A program made the position numbers and the translations under genes. Below, piece by piece: positions 49,877 through 59,744 of a DNA stretch of 64,000 nucleotides. The notes below the pieces were generated by a model, which did no database searches, was not told where the DNA came from, and worked only from the letters and a program-made list of their open reading frames with translations. The DNA is from an uncultured cyanobacterium. Its GTDB lineage: Bacteria; Cyanobacteriota; Cyanobacteriia; Cyanobacteriales; Nostocaceae. The DNA lies in contig CAVUDP010000002.1 of the NCBI GenBank assembly GCA_963740315.1, positions 3,552,001-3,616,000 on the forward strand, read 5' to 3'. How positions within the stretch are numbered: position 1 is the first letter of the stretch; the number at the start of each line of letters is the position of its first letter.

Positions 49877-52279
49877 ATGGAAAATGATGCGGCAACGCTC
49901 TACTGTCCAAACGAACTTTGTCAAGCTGCTAACCCCCTTACCCACAAGTTTTGCCAGAAATGTAAGACATCCCTGCCCAAACGTTATCTTTGGGCTGTGG
50001 CTGAAAATTCGATTGTGGGTAATTCTGGGGAATTGTTACAAGAGCGTTATTTAATTATTGAACATAATGTTTTATTAGATACTAAACCCGGTCTTCTGCC
50101 ACAAATTCCCGAACAACAAAAGTTAGATGATATAAAATCCTATCTCAGATTAATTCCCTATCGCTTACACCTTCCTCAAGTTTACGGACTACTATCTTTA
50201 AATACTGGGAACAGCCCCAAAGAAATATTACTTTTAGAAAAACCCCCGCTTGTTCTCCATGAATCGCCGATAAAAATACAATTGTGTGGCGAATTGACAA
50301 ATGCTTGGAAGAGCGCAACTTCTAGAAGACAACTCAATTGGCTGTGGCAAATAGCTCAGTTATGGCAACCTTTGGCTAGCGTTGGTGTTGCTTCTAGCTT
50401 ACTGAACAAAAATTTAATTAGGGCGGAAGGTTCGATAGTACGCTTATTAGAATTAAGTTCCGATCGAGATACACCAAATTTGTCCGATTTGGGAGAGTTT
50501 TGGCAACGAGAGCTACTCCCAAGCGCACAACCGGCGATTCGCAATTTTATGGGCGAGACTTGTCGTTTATTGATGTCGGTGGAAATACGTTCGAGCGAAC
50601 AGTTAATTGCTGTTTTAGATCGAGGATTAACATCTTTAAGCGAGCATCACTTACCTACCATCAAAGTGTTCGCGCTAACAGATACAGGACCTTCGCGCCA
50701 ACGTAATGAAGATTCTTGTTATCCCCAAAGCGGTACTACGATCGCAAAACCACCAGCAAAGTCAGCTTTAACTATTGTTTGCGACGGTATTGGCGGACAT
50801 GAAGGAGGTAATGTAGCTTCTAAGAGTGCCATTGAAACGATTCAACAGCAGGTAGGGCAATTAGCTTCTTTACCATCCGATCGTATTAATCCGGTTGCAC
50901 TGCTTGTGGATTTGGAACATGCTGCTGCGGCTGCTAACGATAAAATTAGCCAACTTAACGATAGCGAAAATCGTCAGGGACGGCAGCGCATGGGGACTAC
51001 TCTGGTGATGGCGTTGCCAGTTGCCCATGAAATGTATGTTGCTCACGTGGGTGACAGTCGCGCTTACTTGATTACGCGCAATAACTGTCATCAGATAACT
51101 CTTGACGATGATGTAGCTTCACGGGAAGTACGACTCGGCTATGCGGTTTATCGAGATGCCGTACAGCAAGCTGCTTCTGGTTCTTTGGTTCAAGCATTAG
51201 GGATGAATGCTAGTAGCGCTTTACACCCAACAGCCCAGCGGTTCATCCTCGATGAAGACTGTGTATTTTTACTATGTTCCGATGGTCTAAGTGATTTTGA
51301 CCGTGTAGAACAACACTGGGAAACAGAAATCCTGCCGTTATTAAATAACAAAGGCGATGTAGTTAGTGTTACTAAGCAATTGTTAGAGATTGCTAACAAT
51401 CAAAATGGTCATGATAATGTGACTATTGCCTCGATGCATTGTCAAACTAAATATTCCGAGCCGAAGTCACCATTGTCCGTAAGTCTTGCCGATGTTTCTT
51501 CAATTGCGGTTGCCGATCCACCCTTAGCTCCACCGGCGCAAATTCCCAATCAAAAAACCCAAGTCATTCCCGAACAAAGTACTCGTAGTAAAGGCTTAAA
51601 TTTACCTTTAATGTTAGGAATAGTAGCTTTACTAGCTTTCGTAGGTGTTGGTTTGGGATTTTTCAATAACCAAAGCAATAAAACAGAAGCACCCAGAATA
51701 GCAAAAACACCGCAAAATAGCCCCGAGCCTTCTGTTGAGACTAATTCTCAAAGACTTGCCAAAATAGACCAAGGTTGGTTGATTAATATCAAAACCAAAA
51801 TTAATCTCAGTAAAAGTACAACACCACCTGCTGATGAACAGATATCGAAGCCGCTAGCAATTTATGCACCACCTGGTAGTTTGTTACAGGTTGTGAAAAA
51901 ACAGCAGACTTCACCACAAGACTATTGGCTACAAACAAAGGTATGCTCAGTCGGAGAAGAAGTCCGAACGACAAATGCGTCTGCTCCAACTTCAACTTCT
52001 ATCGGTAGCAAAACCTTACTTAAACCGGGCGAACAGGTATGGCTTAAACTTTCGGAACTGACACCATCTAATGCTACATTTAGTAAACCAAGTACTTTAT
52101 CAAACGACTGTTCCCCATCGGATAGTTTGCCTCCAGCGATTGAAGATTCTTCGACTTCACCGCCTGTAGAAGATTCCCCCTCCCCCATTCAGCCGTTAAT
52201 TCAACCAAAACCTGGTAATATCCCCGGTAGGACAACATTACCCCAAACGGGTAACAGCACTGATTCCAAAACTCGATAA
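49877..52279 (+). CDS. prpJ: Membrane-anchored PP2C Ser/Thr phosphatase (PrpJ-like)
   Basis: N-terminal 4-Cys motif; PP2C motifs RQRNED, DGIGGH, GTT, GDSR, DGL and DNVT; Pro-rich linker, one TM, C-terminal extracytoplasmic region. Confidence 0.75.
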   Translation: MENDAATLYCPNELCQAANPLTHKFCQKCKTSLPKRYLWAVAENSIVGNSGELLQERYLIIEHNVLLDTKPGLLPQIPEQQKLDDIKSYLRLIPYRLHLPQVYGLLSLNTGNSPKEILLLEKPPLVLHESPIKIQLCGELTNAWKSATSRRQLNWLWQIAQLWQPLASVGVASSLLNKNLIRAEGSIVRLLELSSDRDTPNLSDLGEFWQRELLPSAQPAIRNFMGETCRLLMSVEIRSSEQLIAVLDRGLTSLSEHHLPTIKVFALTDTGPSRQRNEDSCYPQSGTTIAKPPAKSALTIVCDGIGGHEGGNVASKSAIETIQQQVGQLASLPSDRINPVALLVDLEHAAAAANDKISQLNDSENRQGRQRMGTTLVMALPVAHEMYVAHVGDSRAYLITRNNCHQITLDDDVASREVRLGYAVYRDAVQQAASGSLVQALGMNASSALHPTAQRFILDEDCVFLLCSDGLSDFDRVEQHWETEILPLLNNKGDVVSVTKQLLEIANNQNGHDNVTIASMHCQTKYSEPKSPLSVSLADVSSIAVADPPLAPPAQIPNQKTQVIPEQSTRSKGLNLPLMLGIVALLAFVGVGLGFFNNQSNKTEAPRIAKTPQNSPEPSVETNSQRLAKIDQGWLINIKTKINLSKSTTPPADEQISKPLAIYAPPGSLLQVVKKQQTSPQDYWLQTKVCSVGEEVRTTNASAPTSTSIGSKTLLKPGEQVWLKLSELTPSNATFSKPSTLSNDCSPSDSLPPAIEDSSTSPPVEDSPSPIQPLIQPKPGNIPGRTTLPQTGNSTDSKTR

Positions 52280-52377
52280 ACTATAAGAAACTGAAATAAT
52301 ACAGGTAATCGCCTGAAAAGTTAATTTTTAGGCAAACATTTTGCCTGAAAAAAATTACCTTTAAGTTTAAAGAATCC

Positions 52378-53943
52378 ATGCCATCCATTAACCTGGCGAT
52401 CGCCCGTCTCGTTCACACAGGCACTGATAATTTCGCCATTTGGGTAGTAAATGCTCCCTATCCCAGTGGTTATGTTCTACATGATTCTCTATGGTCGCAA
52501 GAGCTAAATCAAGCTTGGCTGGAATGGCAGCAAATGTTTGCCGGACATTCTCGCTTGGATATATCGCCAAAAAATAAGTCAAATGATTCAAATCCACTTC
52601 CATTAAATTCCCTATCGCCTATTTCCGGTCAAAAAACCAGTTACAGCAGCCGTTTGATGCAATATATGGGGGTCAGTTTATGGCGTTGGGTATTTGAGGG
52701 AGAAATTCTCGGCAGTTTGGAACGCAGTCGCGGTATAGCGATGGGGCAGCATACACGTTTGCGCTTTCGATTGGAAATTCGCGATCCAGATTTGATTGCC
52801 ATTCCTTGGGAAATAATGCAGCGCGAACCCGGACAACCCGCGATGTCGCTTTCTCAACATTTGTTGTTTAGCCGTACTACTTCGAGCGTTGAACCCCTAT
52901 CTTCAACCCGTAGCGACCAAGCTTTAAATATCTTGTTAGTTTTAGCAGAAGATGAAAATCTAAAACTCGAAGAAGAAGCAGCTATTCTTCAACAAACTCT
53001 TTCGGGTGGTAGTTCGGTGGGTAGTAGCTCTGCCGGATACGCGCCTTGTATGGTAAAGGTACTGGTAAAACCAACATCTGTGCAACTGATTAGTGAGTTA
53101 GAAACCAAAGCTTATAACGTCTTTTTTTATGCAGGTCATGGCTTGCCAGGTCCCGACGGAGGGTTTCTATTTTTACAGAATGATATGACACTTAACGGAA
53201 TGGAACTAGCACAAGCTTTAACCCGCAGTGACGTAAAGCTGGCAGTTTTCAACGCTTGTTGGGGGGCACAACCTTTCTCCGATAAAAACCGAGCGATCGC
53301 TTACAGTAGTTTGGCAGAAGTACTGATCCGTCAAGGTGTGCCTGCCGTACTGGGAATGCGCGATGAAATTACCGATGCGGAAAGTCATAGCTTTATTCAA
53401 ACCTTTGCCTTAGCTTTACGCAGTCGCAAACCCATTGACGAAGCTGTTGCCGAAGGAAGAAAAAGATTATTAACAATTTACCATTTCAATCAACCTGCTT
53501 GGACACTACCAGTTCTTTACTTACACCCCCATTTCGACGGTGAATTAGTCAAAAGTTTTGAGGAAGGCGCTACAGAAATACCAACAACTTTTATTCCCGG
53601 AAGTGCAAATGTTTCCTTACGTTCCTTACAAGCAGGTGGTAAAACTTGGTTGCTCAAACCTGGAGTTACCCGCATTGGTCGCACCAAAGAAAATGATATT
53701 GTAATCAGAGAACCTTCAGTTTCAAAGCGTCACGCTGAAATCTTATGTCGCAATAGCTTAGCTGGCAGTACTCAAGTGCAAACTTACTATTTAGAAGATT
53801 TATCTACCTATGGCACTACTTGGATTTTACGTTCCGGTGGTTGGGAGCAAATCTACCGACGGGAAATACCTTTAGAATCGGGAATGCATTTAAAGTTTGG
53901 CAGTACTAAAAGTCAAACTTGGGAATTTCGGATCGAAAATTAG
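52378..53943 (+). CDS. CHAT (caspase/HetF-like) protease fused to a C-terminal FHA domain
   Basis: IPWE, YAGHG (His) and FNACWG (Cys) dyad intact, W.LPVLY; FHA motifs IGR...VSKRHA...ST.GT. Confidence 0.88.
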   Translation: MPSINLAIARLVHTGTDNFAIWVVNAPYPSGYVLHDSLWSQELNQAWLEWQQMFAGHSRLDISPKNKSNDSNPLPLNSLSPISGQKTSYSSRLMQYMGVSLWRWVFEGEILGSLERSRGIAMGQHTRLRFRLEIRDPDLIAIPWEIMQREPGQPAMSLSQHLLFSRTTSSVEPLSSTRSDQALNILLVLAEDENLKLEEEAAILQQTLSGGSSVGSSSAGYAPCMVKVLVKPTSVQLISELETKAYNVFFYAGHGLPGPDGGFLFLQNDMTLNGMELAQALTRSDVKLAVFNACWGAQPFSDKNRAIAYSSLAEVLIRQGVPAVLGMRDEITDAESHSFIQTFALALRSRKPIDEAVAEGRKRLLTIYHFNQPAWTLPVLYLHPHFDGELVKSFEEGATEIPTTFIPGSANVSLRSLQAGGKTWLLKPGVTRIGRTKENDIVIREPSVSKRHAEILCRNSLAGSTQVQTYYLEDLSTYGTTWILRSGGWEQIYRREIPLESGMHLKFGSTKSQTWEFRIEN

Positions 53944-54117
53944 ACAACTATCCGTCTTGGTACTTATTATATGTTTTGGTATTAACATAGACGCTACGCC
54001 AGCAATCGAAGTAAAAGACTAACAACCCTAAATAAAATAAAATTTCAGTTTGCGGAAATTAGAGACTGAGTGCTGTAGCTGTCAATACCCCAAATTCATT
54101 GCGAAAGGAGACAACAC

Positions 54118-54768
54118 ATGGCTGACAAAATGAAAGGTTCAACAAATTTTAATAATTCACTTTCTCAAATCGAATTAGATTTACTTGCAACTTTATTAGA
54201 ACCAGAAGATAATGCTTATCCTTGGAATCCCTGCGACGAGGAAAACCAAGCTTATTTTAGTCAGCTAGAAGAGCAATTCCCGATGCAGGAATTGTTAGAT
54301 GAGGAACTAAACACTCGCTGCGAAGGCTTTCATAACCAATTAGATGCACTTTGGTCTAAAGTGGAAACCCAAGCGCAATACAATTGTAATACAAATCCTT
54401 CAGTAGCTGTTAAGCTCTCATATAGTTTACAAAAAGAGTTTCGTAATAGTATACCCAAAAATTGGATAAACTCGATTGCTCAAAAAGCAGCAGAGATTTT
54501 TAATTCACAACAATCAATTACAGAACAATTGATTGAATGCGTACAAACTGTATTACCAAGTATAGACGCAGACGACATCATGGTTTTAGCGCGTCCGTTA
54601 GCTTATGCAACTAGAAGTGGAGAACCGAAAAAAGTCGAATCAGCGCTTACTGACTTCAATCAAGACGACAATCGTGAATGGGCAGCTTTATCAGAAATTG
54701 AACAAGCAAAAATAGGTTTAGCCATTGCTTATCATGCACTAAACCAGTTAGATACTCAAGCAGAGTAA
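54118..54768 (+). CDS. Conserved hypothetical helical protein; possible remote PatU3 paralogue
   Basis: AAGGAG RBS; YPW motif and helical pattern (see findings). Confidence 0.75.
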   Translation: MADKMKGSTNFNNSLSQIELDLLATLLEPEDNAYPWNPCDEENQAYFSQLEEQFPMQELLDEELNTRCEGFHNQLDALWSKVETQAQYNCNTNPSVAVKLSYSLQKEFRNSIPKNWINSIAQKAAEIFNSQQSITEQLIECVQTVLPSIDADDIMVLARPLAYATRSGEPKKVESALTDFNQDDNREWAALSEIEQAKIGLAIAYHALNQLDTQAE

Positions 54769-55251
54769 ATATTTATTCGCCATTTTCTACTTTAATTGCA
54801 ATGCGAGTGCAATTAACTTGTTTTTTATGGCTGGGACTGAGCTATTTTGAAGAATTTTCTTTCTTAAGGTAGATTTACCCATTATGTTTCAAGGATAAAA
54901 TAGTTAACGCTCCAGCCTCATCTATCAAAAGATATATTAATAATTAGTTGTTAGTGGTTAGTGGTTAGTTGTTAATAATTACTAATTCGTAATAACCCAT
55001 GACCTTGAAGAAAAAGTTAAATTAATACGAGTGCTGCGAGATAAATAAATAAATATTAAAATAGTTCAAACTTAGGAAGTTAATAAACTGATAAGTAAGG
55101 TTTTGACTAAATATACAGCCGATTACCTAGATGAGTGATGTACAAAACACATCGTTATAAGGGAGTAGGGAGTAGAAGAATGTACTTCCTGCAACTTGCC
55201 GAACTGCTGTAACTAACAACTAACAACTAACAACTAACAACTAACAACCAA

Positions 55252-56640
55252 TTATTTATTTCCAAAAAAGCGGGTGGCGAAATTTTGTTCGCGATTGGGT
55301 GAAAGCGCCCTTGCTTTAAGAATTGCAGCCATCAAAAAAGCATAAGACAATACCCCTACAACAACCAGAAGTAAACCATTGATAGCCCCAGTTGCATTCC
55401 ATAAAGCATGAAGCGCCGATGCACTAAGGTAGCCAACTAAGAGAATTTTTCCTCCTAATTTTGGTTTAAGCACGGCTAAACCAATAAAATACCCAAGATA
55501 TCCGCTGTAAGCCATATGTCCAGCGACAGAACCTAAAATTCGCGGAATTAGCAATTGTAGTCCGACTAATTGCCCTGTTTCAGTTCCTGCTTGAATCGCA
55601 GCGCTTTGACTAACTTCCGGCACGTACTGCCCTAAGGTTTCCAACAATGTAAAACCAACGGCAGAAGCAGCGCCGAGTAAGATTCCATCTAATGGTTCCG
55701 AAACGCCAATACGCTCTCGCCAAGGTGAAGGCAATTTTAAACCGACAAAATATAGACCTAAAACTGGCAATGCTTTGAGTAGTTCTTCCATCAAGCCAGC
55801 GCCGAAAAACATCCGCACCAGCCATTCTGTAAAAGTGATTGATTCTTGTCCCGAAGGCAATCTACCCGGTAGAATTTCGCGAAATACAAAAATAAATAAG
55901 TCTAATATAGGACTAACTAAAATTAAAGCTGTAGATAAACTGACGCTTAATAAAACCCACCAAGGCTTGTGCTTACCGCATAACTGATAAATAAAATAGT
56001 ATGCAGCGAAAGCGATATAAACAGCTACTATAATTTGGTTTGCTTCCGGTTTTCCCACCGTAGCAAACATTAGTACTACAAATATAACTGTTAAAATTCC
56101 CGGTATTAAGTAGGCTTTGCTAGTTAAATCTTTACCTGTAGAAACTATGGGAAATAATTGAGTAAAGCTAACTGAGTCTGGTTTGGAGTTTTGGGAATTT
56201 GTCGTTCCAGCAACGGATGAGTTATTAGCAGAAATTGTCGTTTTTTGTTCAACGATTTCGCTACTAAAAATTAATTGAGGTCCATCGTAGCCCAAAGTAA
56301 TGCGATCGCCAGGAAAAACTTGCTGACATTCCTGTAAGCGTTTTCCATTCAAATAAGTACCGTTAGCACTGTTTAAATCGCAAAGTATCCAACTGATTTC
56401 ACCATCGGGGGATAAACTTAAAGGACGAACTACTGCATGACGACGGGATACCATGCGGTACTTTAATGCATCTAATACAACTTGACAGTGAGGATCGCGT
56501 CCAATTACCGCCTCTGAAGTTGGAATTAGCGAGAAGCGTTGACGAACTTTGGTTGCTTCTAATTCCTTACCAGACACTAGCCGCAGAAATGCATTCTGTC
56601 TTGCGTTTTTGCCTGTCATCGAGTCAGTATTATTTCTCAA
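55252..56640 (-). CDS. FHA domain + PrsW-family intramembrane glutamic protease
   Basis: IGR...VSRRHA...SANGT FHA; EELLK, GFTLLE, GH and LHALWN PrsW motifs; multiple TMs. Confidence 0.9.
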   Translation of the reverse strand: MRNNTDSMTGKNARQNAFLRLVSGKELEATKVRQRFSLIPTSEAVIGRDPHCQVVLDALKYRMVSRRHAVVRPLSLSPDGEISWILCDLNSANGTYLNGKRLQECQQVFPGDRITLGYDGPQLIFSSEIVEQKTTISANNSSVAGTTNSQNSKPDSVSFTQLFPIVSTGKDLTSKAYLIPGILTVIFVVLMFATVGKPEANQIIVAVYIAFAAYYFIYQLCGKHKPWWVLLSVSLSTALILVSPILDLFIFVFREILPGRLPSGQESITFTEWLVRMFFGAGLMEELLKALPVLGLYFVGLKLPSPWRERIGVSEPLDGILLGAASAVGFTLLETLGQYVPEVSQSAAIQAGTETGQLVGLQLLIPRILGSVAGHMAYSGYLGYFIGLAVLKPKLGGKILLVGYLSASALHALWNATGAINGLLLVVVGVLSYAFLMAAILKARALSPNREQNFATRFFGNK

Positions 56641-57238
56641 CTATATAAGGTCGGTTTTTTGTTGGCAGTAAGACTTAACCACGCAACTGTATTTTATATT
56701 TTTCTTTTGCTTAATACACTATAGTTCACCCTTTGTTCGGAAATTGAAATTTATAATTAAAAGTTTTGCTTAGTTCCGCAACAAGTGCCAGTAGTATCAC
56801 CCATTATCTTAGTCTACGCTACCCTGTAGTAATTTGGCTTTGTTGAATTATAAATTTTACGCATCGTAATAGTTATCAAAAAAGCCTATTTGATGTATTT
56901 TTCTTTAACTGTATATTTACAGTCTTGACTAAAACGATCGTTTTGTATTCAAAAAATCAACAATTGTTAAAATCTATATTTACCATTAAAAAATCAGCTA
57001 TATTTGATAAGTTTTATAAATTATTCGGTACATTTGTCAGTATTAAAAAGGTATTACGTCCATCAATTAAGAGCGGCAAACGCAGTCCACTTGATGCATC
57101 CACATCTACGTATCTACCGTTAGCACTACGTACATTACTTTTAAAGGTTAAATAAAATTTTTCTTTATTAAAAATTAAGCATTGTTTGCTATCTAAAACA
57201 ATCTTATCGATATTTTGATAAAAAAATATTTACTATAT

Positions 57239-58282
57239 CTATATACAGTCAATAGCTTGCTGCAATTCTCGAAGTTTCTTTAATACTCCACCAGAGTAAA
57301 ATAATTCTTTTGAAAAAGCTAAGCCTTCTAACATATCAGCACAAATCCCACAACGCCATAAATAAAATCCGCCATTCCATAATGCTGTTTGCATGAGTTC
57401 TGATGGTTTAGCTTGCAATACTAATTTCATCTCTGAGATTAATTCTTCAGTATTAGTTAGAGGTACGTTTGTCGTAGTAAAGCCATATTCGCGAGGAACT
57501 AAAAGTAATCGATCTATGGGATTATTACCATTTCCTAAACCAATAATTGCAGTGCGGTCGCGTGGTAAATCGCAACTACCTTCTAAACCTTTTACTGTTG
57601 TAAACTGAGTTATTCCCATACTCGCCAACGTTGCTCGAAACCTTTCTTCTGTGGGCGGATGAACAAACCCAGTCACGATATGAGCATCGCCAGCATAAGG
57701 ACACCAAATTAATTCCATTGTGGCAAAGGGCGGACGCTTGCCGATTTGATCGCGGTATTCCCAAATACTTTTTATTAAGGGAAAATGCACGGGTGTATAA
57801 ACAAAACCGATTCCCGTTTCTTCTAATATTTGTTGAGTTAATGGTAATTCTAACTTTGTCCAGTCAACACCCAAGCCTTGCCAAATATCTACCAATGGAA
57901 GTCCGTATTTCGTGGGAAGGCGATCGCCACCGTGCATGATGACATTTTGCCCTGCTGTTGCCAACAATAAAGCTGTTATCGGACTAATTGGGGCAGTGCG
58001 AGTTCTGCCATCATAAGGTATACCGAATATAACTGGTTGCTTGCCCTCGATCGCTTTCAATTGCGGTCCAAGTTCGTTGTAAGCGTCCAACATTCCTGCT
58101 AACTCTTCGCTGGTAGGACGTTTGATGCGGTGTGCAATCAAAAAAGCACCAATTTGCACTGGTGTTGCTTCACCCAAAAGCATCATTTTGGTGGCTAAGA
58201 AAGCTTCAGTACGAGTTAAATCTTCTTTTGTATGTTCGCCACTACCTATTTTTTTAAGTAAATCTCTAAATGAATTGCTCAT
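57239..58282 (-). CDS. cnaT: Anthranilate phosphoribosyltransferase-like protein CnaT
   Basis: GAFLIAHRIKR, PYDGR, GFVHPP and KGLEGS TrpD2/YbiB-like motifs; directly downstream of ntcB. The start is MSNSF at 58282. Confidence 0.75.
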   Translation of the reverse strand: MSNSFRDLLKKIGSGEHTKEDLTRTEAFLATKMMLLGEATPVQIGAFLIAHRIKRPTSEELAGMLDAYNELGPQLKAIEGKQPVIFGIPYDGRTRTAPISPITALLLATAGQNVIMHGGDRLPTKYGLPLVDIWQGLGVDWTKLELPLTQQILEETGIGFVYTPVHFPLIKSIWEYRDQIGKRPPFATMELIWCPYAGDAHIVTGFVHPPTEERFRATLASMGITQFTTVKGLEGSCDLPRDRTAIIGLGNGNNPIDRLLLVPREYGFTTTNVPLTNTEELISEMKLVLQAKPSELMQTALWNGGFYLWRCGICADMLEGLAFSKELFYSGGVLKKLRELQQAIDCI

Positions 58283-58312
58283 ATTTTTTTTAATTAACAC
58301 CCTTTTGAGAAA

Positions 58313-58545
58313 TGGGGAGATGGGGAGATGGGGTTCGGGGGAGATGGGGAGATGGGGAGACAAGGGGAGACAAGGGGACAAGGGAAGACAAGGGGAGACA
58401 AGGGGACAAGGGAATAATAATTTTTATTAACTCCTAACTCCTAACTCCTAACGGTTACTGAGCAGTTCGACGTAGCTCACTGTAAGACTTGTCGAAGTAC
58501 TCCTAACCTTTAACCTTTAACCTTTAACCTTTAACCTTTAACCTT
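58313..58545. repeat. STRR cluster with a nested dispersed element
   Basis: GGGGAGAT, GACAAGGG, TAACTCC and TAACCTT units; composite insertion at 58453-58501. Confidence 0.9.
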
Positions 58546-59485
58546 TAACATGCAGACTTTTTATCTGTTCGGGTATATTTTCGCTGACTAAATGCCAGAA
58601 GTACTGTATTGGAGGAATTTGCAAGCGATCTTGAGTTGTTACCATTACTACTTGGCGAGTTAAAGATGTACTGCCGAGGGAAGAACCATTGTTATTAATA
58701 ACAAAAGGACGAACCGCAAGACTGGAGTCGATACGTGCTTCAATTAATGCAGAAGCTGGTAATAATGCAATCAATTCTCCTTGACGTACTATTCCCCGGA
58801 AGGCATCTAAGGTATTTACTTCTAAGGCTGCTTTTAATAATGCGTCAGTTTGGTCAAATTGATTTTGTACTAAACGCTGCATTCCATAACCTTCTTTGAA
58901 AATTACTTGAGGATAGCGAATTAACTCCAACCAAGGAATGCATTCATATTCGGCTAATGGATGATTGGCTGATATTAAAACTTCTATGGGTTCTTCATAA
59001 AGTGTTTCGACAACCATTTCTTTACTCATGGTAAGAAAACGATTGTTCATTACAATTGCTAAATCAACTAGTCCATCTTTAAGAACTTTCAGCGCCCTAT
59101 CGCTACCTAATGATGTTACCCGTAATTGCACTTCGGGGTATTTGTGACAAAATAATTGCAGCAAAGGTGGAAAATAATAAGCACATACCGATGGAATACA
59201 GGCGATACAAAGTTCGGGTTGTTTACCTGCGATTAAATCCGTTATTTCTTGTTTCGCGGTTTGCCACTCCGAACAAATTTTACGGGCACGAGGCAATAAA
59301 GTTTCACCCGCCAACGTCAATTTTGACTGACTGGTTCTGTGAAACAATTCAAACCCTAAATCTGCCTCTAATGACTGAATTTGACGACTGATTGTAGATT
59401 GGGTAACACTACATTTTTGCGCTGCTTTTTGAAAGCTGCCACTCTCAGCGATCGCCAAGAAGGCTTGCAACTGTTCTAGTCGCAT
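58538..59485 (-). CDS. ntcB: LysR-family regulator of nitrate assimilation NtcB
   Basis: MRLEQLQAFLAIAE.GSFQ...TQSTISRQI HTH; LRVTSLGSDRALKVLKDG; upstream NtcA promoter; adjacent cnaT. Confidence 0.82.
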   Translation of the reverse strand: MRLEQLQAFLAIAESGSFQKAAQKCSVTQSTISRQIQSLEADLGFELFHRTSQSKLTLAGETLLPRARKICSEWQTAKQEITDLIAGKQPELCIACIPSVCAYYFPPLLQLFCHKYPEVQLRVTSLGSDRALKVLKDGLVDLAIVMNNRFLTMSKEMVVETLYEEPIEVLISANHPLAEYECIPWLELIRYPQVIFKEGYGMQRLVQNQFDQTDALLKAALEVNTLDAFRGIVRQGELIALLPASALIEARIDSSLAVRPFVINNNGSSLGSTSLTRQVVMVTTQDRLQIPPIQYFWHLVSENIPEQIKSLHVKG

Positions 59486-59520
59486 TTTTAGGTAGCTGCC
59501 TGTGATATTTATGGCTATTT

Positions 59521-59562
59521 AACTTAACGTATTTTCATCCGCTTTTTGGTAGATTTTGCTAC
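59521..59562 (-). promoter_or_regulatory. Class II NtcA-activated promoter of ntcB
   Basis: Minus strand GTA-gcaaaatc-TAC (59562-59549), 22 nt, then TAAGTT -10 box (59526-59521). Exact GTA-N8-TAC-N22-TAN3T geometry. Confidence 0.8.
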
Positions 59563-59744
59563 ATATATTTTTTCGCAGTCAAATTTTAATTCAATTAGAT
59601 ATGTTTGTAATTTTACTTAATACCAGTATCTCACGGTATTCGAGTCAATATTTATTCGTTTTTTTTTCCTGAAATTTTCACAATAATTTTTGCGAATAAA
59701 AGTATAGATACATAAAATGATTCGCGATAAATCTAGTTAAAGAA

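Noticed and set aside
56925..57155. 76-aa plus-strand ORF
   Set aside because: AT-rich intergenic sequence, TTG start, no motif support.
58283..58381. Pro-rich N-terminal extension of CnaT
   Set aside because: Derived from STRR repeats; the conserved start is MSNSF at 58282.
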